Shown: positions 38,832-41,872 of the stretch, piece after piece
How the letters are laid out: every line of letters starts with the position of its first letter
Numbering within the stretch: position 1 is the first letter of the stretch
Origin: a virus
Virus record (IMG/VR): IMGVR_UViG_3300017598_000874
Length of the DNA: 41,872 bases
Reading direction: 5' to 3' (one strand)
Notes under the pieces: generated by a model
What the model was told of the DNA's origin: nothing
Database searches by the model: none
The model's input: the letters and a program-made list of their open reading frames with translations, nothing else
Translations under genes and position numbers: made by a program

Positions 38832-39047
38832 ATGAGCAACAAAACAAAAAAGCAACCGGACGGGTCGGTGATAGAGTCCAACAAATTGTTGGATGATTTG
38901 GTCAAATTGGTCAAGGCGGTCGAGACGGAAACATACGGCGGAATCTACGTCTGCGATGTTGACGAAACGAACTGGTTTGACATGAGGGATGAAGTGTTGG
39001 TTAGAGCAACATCCAACGCCTGCTGTCAGCCTGAGAGAGCGGAGTGA
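38832..39047 (+). CDS. hypothetical protein
   Basis: SD aaggag. Confidence 0.5.
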   Translation: MSNKTKKQPDGSVIESNKLLDDLVKLVKAVETETYGGIYVCDVDETNWFDMRDEVLVRATSNACCQPERAE

Positions 39048-39098
39048 ACGATAGGATGAACGCGCTTGTTGAATTTCAATTTGAACAGAGGAAAGAAA

Positions 39099-39278
39099 AT
39101 GGATGTTGAAAACTATAAATTTAAGAAGGGTCAAAAATTCCACCTTGATTCCATCTACTCAGTCCAAGGGTTGGGTGGGGGTGATTGGTGGGAACACGAA
39201 GACGATTGTGAATATTCCGACAACGTTATAATCACAAAAACCATTGAAATAAAAATCAATGTTAAAATCACGGATTGA
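39099..39278 (+). CDS. hypothetical protein
   Basis: Start moved to ATG 39099 after gaggaaag (the track start 39066 is TTG). Confidence 0.45.
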   Translation: MDVENYKFKKGQKFHLDSIYSVQGLGGGDWWEHEDDCEYSDNVIITKTIEIKINVKITD

Positions 39279-39341
39279 AATTCAACAGGTGATATAAATA
39301 TAAAAAGTCCATCTACGAAGATATTAAAGGAGAAAAGATGA
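39278..39341 (+). repeat. family-D leader, copy C (upstream of the acidic 51-aa ORF)
   Basis: AAATTCAACAGGTGATATAAATATAAAAAGTCCATCTACGAAGATATTAAAGGAGAAAAGATGA. Confidence 0.9.
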
Positions 39342-39493
39342 ACTATACATTGCCAAATTCCGGAAATTACCCTCCGGGAATGACCGATGCCGACTACCGC
39401 CACGTTAACGGTGAGGAAGAGGAATTCGATGAAGGGGCCGATCCGAGGGATGATGCGCATGATGGGAAAGATTATGACAAAAGAAGAAAATAG
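39338..39493 (+). CDS. small very acidic ORF (51 aa) behind family-D leader copy C
   Basis: Read by hand: [51 protein letters not shown]. Confidence 0.4.
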   Translation: MNYTLPNSGNYPPGMTDADYRHVNGEEEEFDEGADPRDDAHDGKDYDKRRK

Positions 39494-40022
39494 AATCAGA
39501 TGTCTTGATTACAGAAATCGCAACAGGGAAAAGATGCGTGAGTACGAACGGAAACGGTCACAAACAAGAACAGCTAGAGCACCTGAAAGAGAATGTTTGC
39601 TTTGCGGGTGTATATTCAAATCATACCGGAAAGATCAAAAATATTGCTCTAAATCATGTCAAGCAAAACACGCCAACACGGGGCGCGTACAACCACGAAG
39701 TGCTGTTGAGGCCAATAAGATTGCGCGAGAAAACCACCCCAACACAGGACGGTTTGAAACAAACAAGCATGCAAAACATTGGCGTATTACTGATCCTCAT
39801 GGATGTAACTATGAATTTGATAACCTTGAGCATTTTGTTAGGAATAATTCTGAATTGTTTGAAGGTGGGGATGTGGAAAGCGACCCCAGCCTTGCCGCGC
39901 ACCAGCTTCGGCGGCTTCGACCCGACAGAAAGCACAGGATAAATTCATGGAAGGGCTGGGCTTGGAATTTCAATACTGCCAACAGAAACATAAATGGAAA
40001 AAGGAAAACACAATATGAGTGA
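39474..40022 (+). CDS. Zn-ribbon DNA-binding protein, possible homing-endonuclease-like C-terminal module
   Basis: CLLCG...YCSKSC ribbon, paralogous to the ORF at 10062. [25 protein letters not shown]...SWKGW resembles nuclease-associated DNA-binding modules (weak). The start is uncertain (39387-39474). Confidence 0.45.
   Translation: MTKEENRIRCLDYRNRNREKMREYERKRSQTRTARAPERECLLCGCIFKSYRKDQKYCSKSCQAKHANTGRVQPRSAVEANKIARENHPNTGRFETNKHAKHWRITDPHGCNYEFDNLEHFVRNNSELFEGGDVESDPSLAAHQLRRLRPDRKHRINSWKGWAWNFNTANRNINGKRKTQYE
39979..40004 (+). repeat. family-D, partial copy F
   Basis: CCAACAGAAACATAAATGGAAAAAGG. Confidence 0.55.
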
Positions 40023-40293
40023 TGATCTGTTTGATATTTGCGAGCGAAAACACGGCGGAAATCCAAATTCCGTCGCCGCCAATGAGCGCATAGTTCCATC
40101 GAAAGATGCGGTCAGAGCGAGGGTGCTTGAGGTTGTCCGGCTCCACTCGCAGATAACGCTTGCAGAACTAGCTGAGATGTGGGGCGTTGAAAAGAACACC
40201 ATTTCCGGCAGGTTCAGCGAGCTGAAAACCCGTGGACTAATCGAACAGCGAGGCCGCCGCGACGGGTGCGGCATTTGGCGGCTGTGCAGATGA
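40015..40293 (+). CDS. winged-helix (MarR/ArsR-like) DNA-binding protein
   Basis: [44 protein letters not shown]. Confidence 0.6.
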   Translation: MSDDLFDICERKHGGNPNSVAANERIVPSKDAVRARVLEVVRLHSQITLAELAEMWGVEKNTISGRFSELKTRGLIEQRGRRDGCGIWRLCR

Positions 40294-40466
40294 GAAAGAA
40301 TATGACAGATTCAGATTATTTACAGGATGCGCTAGACGCTCAGGACAAGGAATTGCGACGAGAAAAAACAGCTCGCTTGAGAAAAAGATTTCGAAACAGA
40401 AATAAATTTCTACCAAAACTAAAACGGGCAATTAGAAATTTCCACCTAAACCGAGGCATAGATTAA
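40290..40466 (+). CDS. small basic protein
   Basis: ATGA coupling. Lys/Arg-rich C-terminus. Confidence 0.4.
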   Translation: MRKNMTDSDYLQDALDAQDKELRREKTARLRKRFRNRNKFLPKLKRAIRNFHLNRGID

Positions 40467-40484
40467 AAAACAAGGAGAAATAAC

Positions 40485-40661
40485 ATGAGTGATAACCGGA
40501 CATTTGAAAGCGAGATTGACCAAATAAGAAGGACGATAACAAATCCCAATATGTCTCCGGAAGACGAAACGGAAACATTAAGGCTTATTCTGAAAATTAT
40601 TTTCCATCAGGGGGGCATTGAGGCCATGAACCAGTGTAGAAAGGAAATGAAGGAAATATAA
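40485..40661 (+). CDS. small ORF (58 aa)
   Basis: Read by hand. SD aaggaga. Confidence 0.4.
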   Translation: MSDNRTFESEIDQIRRTITNPNMSPEDETETLRLILKIIFHQGGIEAMNQCRKEMKEI

Positions 40662-40662
40662 T

Positions 40663-40827
40663 ATGAAAACCACTACCCAAGATGGCCACACTCTTCCGAT
40701 ACCGCTTGAACACTTCGGAAGTCCGGCAGAAAAAAGTGAATTGCAAAAATCCGTGGGCGCTTTATTGAAACGCAAGAACTGGTTTCGCGGCGAAGCTCAC
40801 CAGCCAACAGGAAAACCCAAACCTTAG
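40663..40827 (+). CDS. small ORF (54 aa)
   Basis: Read by hand: MKTTTQDGHTLPIPLEHFGSPAEK... SD aaggaaat. Confidence 0.4.
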   Translation: MKTTTQDGHTLPIPLEHFGSPAEKSELQKSVGALLKRKNWFRGEAHQPTGKPKP

Positions 40828-40829
40828 CC

Positions 40830-40858
40830 TTGCACTTATAAGGGTATAGGTGTAGAGT
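40830..40858 (+). promoter_or_regulatory. promoter P3 (TTGCAC-17-TAGAGT)
   Basis: Same unusual -10 hexamer TAGAGT and the same spacing as P1 and P2. Lies upstream of the YopX gene. Confidence 0.5.
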
Positions 40859-40892
40859 GCCGTTCAGTTAAACGAAAGAAGGAGAAATCGAA

Positions 40893-41285
40893 ATGATGCG
40901 CACAATAATTTTTCGCGGAAAACGGATTTACAGAGATAACGGAACCGATTTTGTTTATGGGTTCTATGTTTACAATAAAATTCTGAAACAACACCGGATA
41001 AACACACCATCGGGTGGGTCTGCGGAAGTCTCCCCCGCCACAGTCGGGCAGTTTACGGGGCTTCTTGATAAGGAAGGCAAGGACATTTACGAAGGGGATA
41101 TTGTCGAATATGATTCGGCAAAAAATGAGTATGGCGGCAAATTATTTGTCAACATGGTTTGCTGGGATTATGCGCGAAGCCAATGGGCCCTATCACCTTA
41201 TTCCCGCCCTTATTATCTTGGCGAGGAAATGAGAGTCATCGGCAACGTAACAGATCACTCCGAACTGTTGGAGAAATCGAAATGA
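40893..41285 (+). CDS. YopX-like protein
   Basis: FRGKR...VGQFTGLLDKEGKDIYEGDIVEY...VIGNVTDHSELL matches the YopX pattern (vGQyTGlkDknGkeIyEGDIv ... iGNihenpeLL). Confidence 0.75.
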   Translation: MMRTIIFRGKRIYRDNGTDFVYGFYVYNKILKQHRINTPSGGSAEVSPATVGQFTGLLDKEGKDIYEGDIVEYDSAKNEYGGKLFVNMVCWDYARSQWALSPYSRPYYLGEEMRVIGNVTDHSELLEKSK

Positions 41286-41623
41286 AACTAATTCCATCAC
41301 TTAATGACACCGGCGAATGCTACACGTTTAGAGATGCGGACAATGGAAACTTTATTGTTGGGCATGAAAGCCGTCATGACGCGCTTGGCTTGGCTCGGCA
41401 CATTCTCCTGCTGGATCAAGATCGAAACTCGTCAGAAAAACTGGCAACTGCAGAAAAGAATTTTGCACTTACAGCAAATACTTTTGCTGACAGAATCCTT
41501 AACGGGGAAAGCGCGGAAGACCTAAAAAAGGAACTCACAGAGAGGACGTTCCAGCTTACGGAAATAATTATAAACGGACAGGAAGCCGGGCTTGATGAAT
41601 ATCGGGCTAAAAGGAGTGACTGA
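41282..41623 (+). CDS. hypothetical protein
   Basis: Start moved to ATG 41282 (ATGA overlap with the YopX stop). Confidence 0.5.
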   Translation: MKLIPSLNDTGECYTFRDADNGNFIVGHESRHDALGLARHILLLDQDRNSSEKLATAEKNFALTANTFADRILNGESAEDLKKELTERTFQLTEIIINGQEAGLDEYRAKRSD

Positions 41624-41872
41624 TGCAAGTAAACTTAACGGGAATCCAAGCGGAAGCAAAAAAGAACTTTGAGACATTTCAAACCCTTCGACCTGTAGGA
41701 GCGGTAACCCTTGTCCACGACAAAGAAAACGAATACGACTCTTTTTGCATTCAGGTTTTTTACGGGGATATTTGCCTGGGCTATATCCCCGCCCTTAAAA
41801 AAGGGGGGGAATACATTGGAAGCGAACTCCAGAAACACATCATTGATAACAATATCACGACCGCTTTAATTA
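41623..41872 (+). CDS. HIRAN-domain + PD-(D/E)XK nuclease fusion, N-terminal part (continues at nt 1/122)
   Basis: The ATG overlaps the upstream stop (TGATG). VTLVHDKENEYDSFCIQVFYGDICLGYIP resembles the HIRAN core (..epdNpyD.nAi.V.....lGyip). Confidence 0.7.
   Translation, partial: MQVNLTGIQAEAKKNFETFQTLRPVGAVTLVHDKENEYDSFCIQVFYGDICLGYIPALKKGGEYIGSELQKHIIDNNITTALI
41752..41872. repeat. terminal overlap, copy 2 (identical to 1-121)
   Basis: Same as copy 1. Contains an A6G7 homopolymer pair. Confidence 0.95.

Noticed and set aside
1-41872. Lysogeny module, mobile element or integrase.
   Set aside because: I recognised no tyrosine or serine recombinase motifs, transposase, att-like flanks or CI/Cro pair. 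The only repeat at the window ends is the 121-bp circular overlap.

Overview
The window is one complete, circularly closed (or circularly permuted) tailed-phage genome of 41,751 bp plus a 121-bp terminal overlap (nt 1-121 = 41752-41872). One ORF reads in frame across the join.

The genome has two arms. They diverge from a control region at about 35.3-35.5 kb and converge at about 10.4 kb.

(1) The minus-strand late arm (35305 down to 10415) carries a T7-supergroup podovirus virion module. In transcription order it holds small ORFs, the large terminase, a GNAT-like ORF, an Ala/Gly/Lys-rich protein, portal, scaffold, major capsid, a leader-bearing 178-aa protein, a gp11-like adaptor, a gp12-like nozzle and two internal proteins. 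These are followed by a 2036-aa multi-domain internal protein, three leader- or lipobox-bearing proteins, a metallophosphoesterase and two small membrane or lipoprotein ORFs.

(2) The plus-strand early/middle arm (35.5 kb through the join to 10.4 kb) holds about 50 small ORFs. Recognisable products are:
- a HIRAN + PD-(D/E)XK nuclease
- a VRR-NUC nuclease
- a replisome-organiser-like protein
- a DnaC/IstB-like loader
- an SSB-like protein ending in DDKIPF
- a YopX-like protein
- a Lar-like protein
- a SleB-type cell-wall hydrolase

I found no RNA polymerase, DNA polymerase, integrase, tRNA, rRNA or CRISPR array.

The two most unusual features:
(a) A dense network of repeats at gene starts, all in the plus orientation. 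It includes 66-bp and 96-bp perfect copies and several 30-80-bp near-identical leaders. Many share a frame-independent box ending in CTGGTT(A/G/C)G.
(b) The 2036-aa virion protein is built from cassettes separated by five copies of a KPT(P/S)QEAPAKEG linker. The cassettes include a ParB/Srx-like domain and two or three ADP-ribosyltransferase-like modules, consistent with a polyvalent injected effector.

Other notable features are Sec or lipoprotein-type leaders on five virion-module proteins, a duplicated promoter that drives a 3-codon mini-ORF followed by a terminator, and an operator-rich divergent control region.

All homology statements rest on motif recognition by eye. No searches were run.
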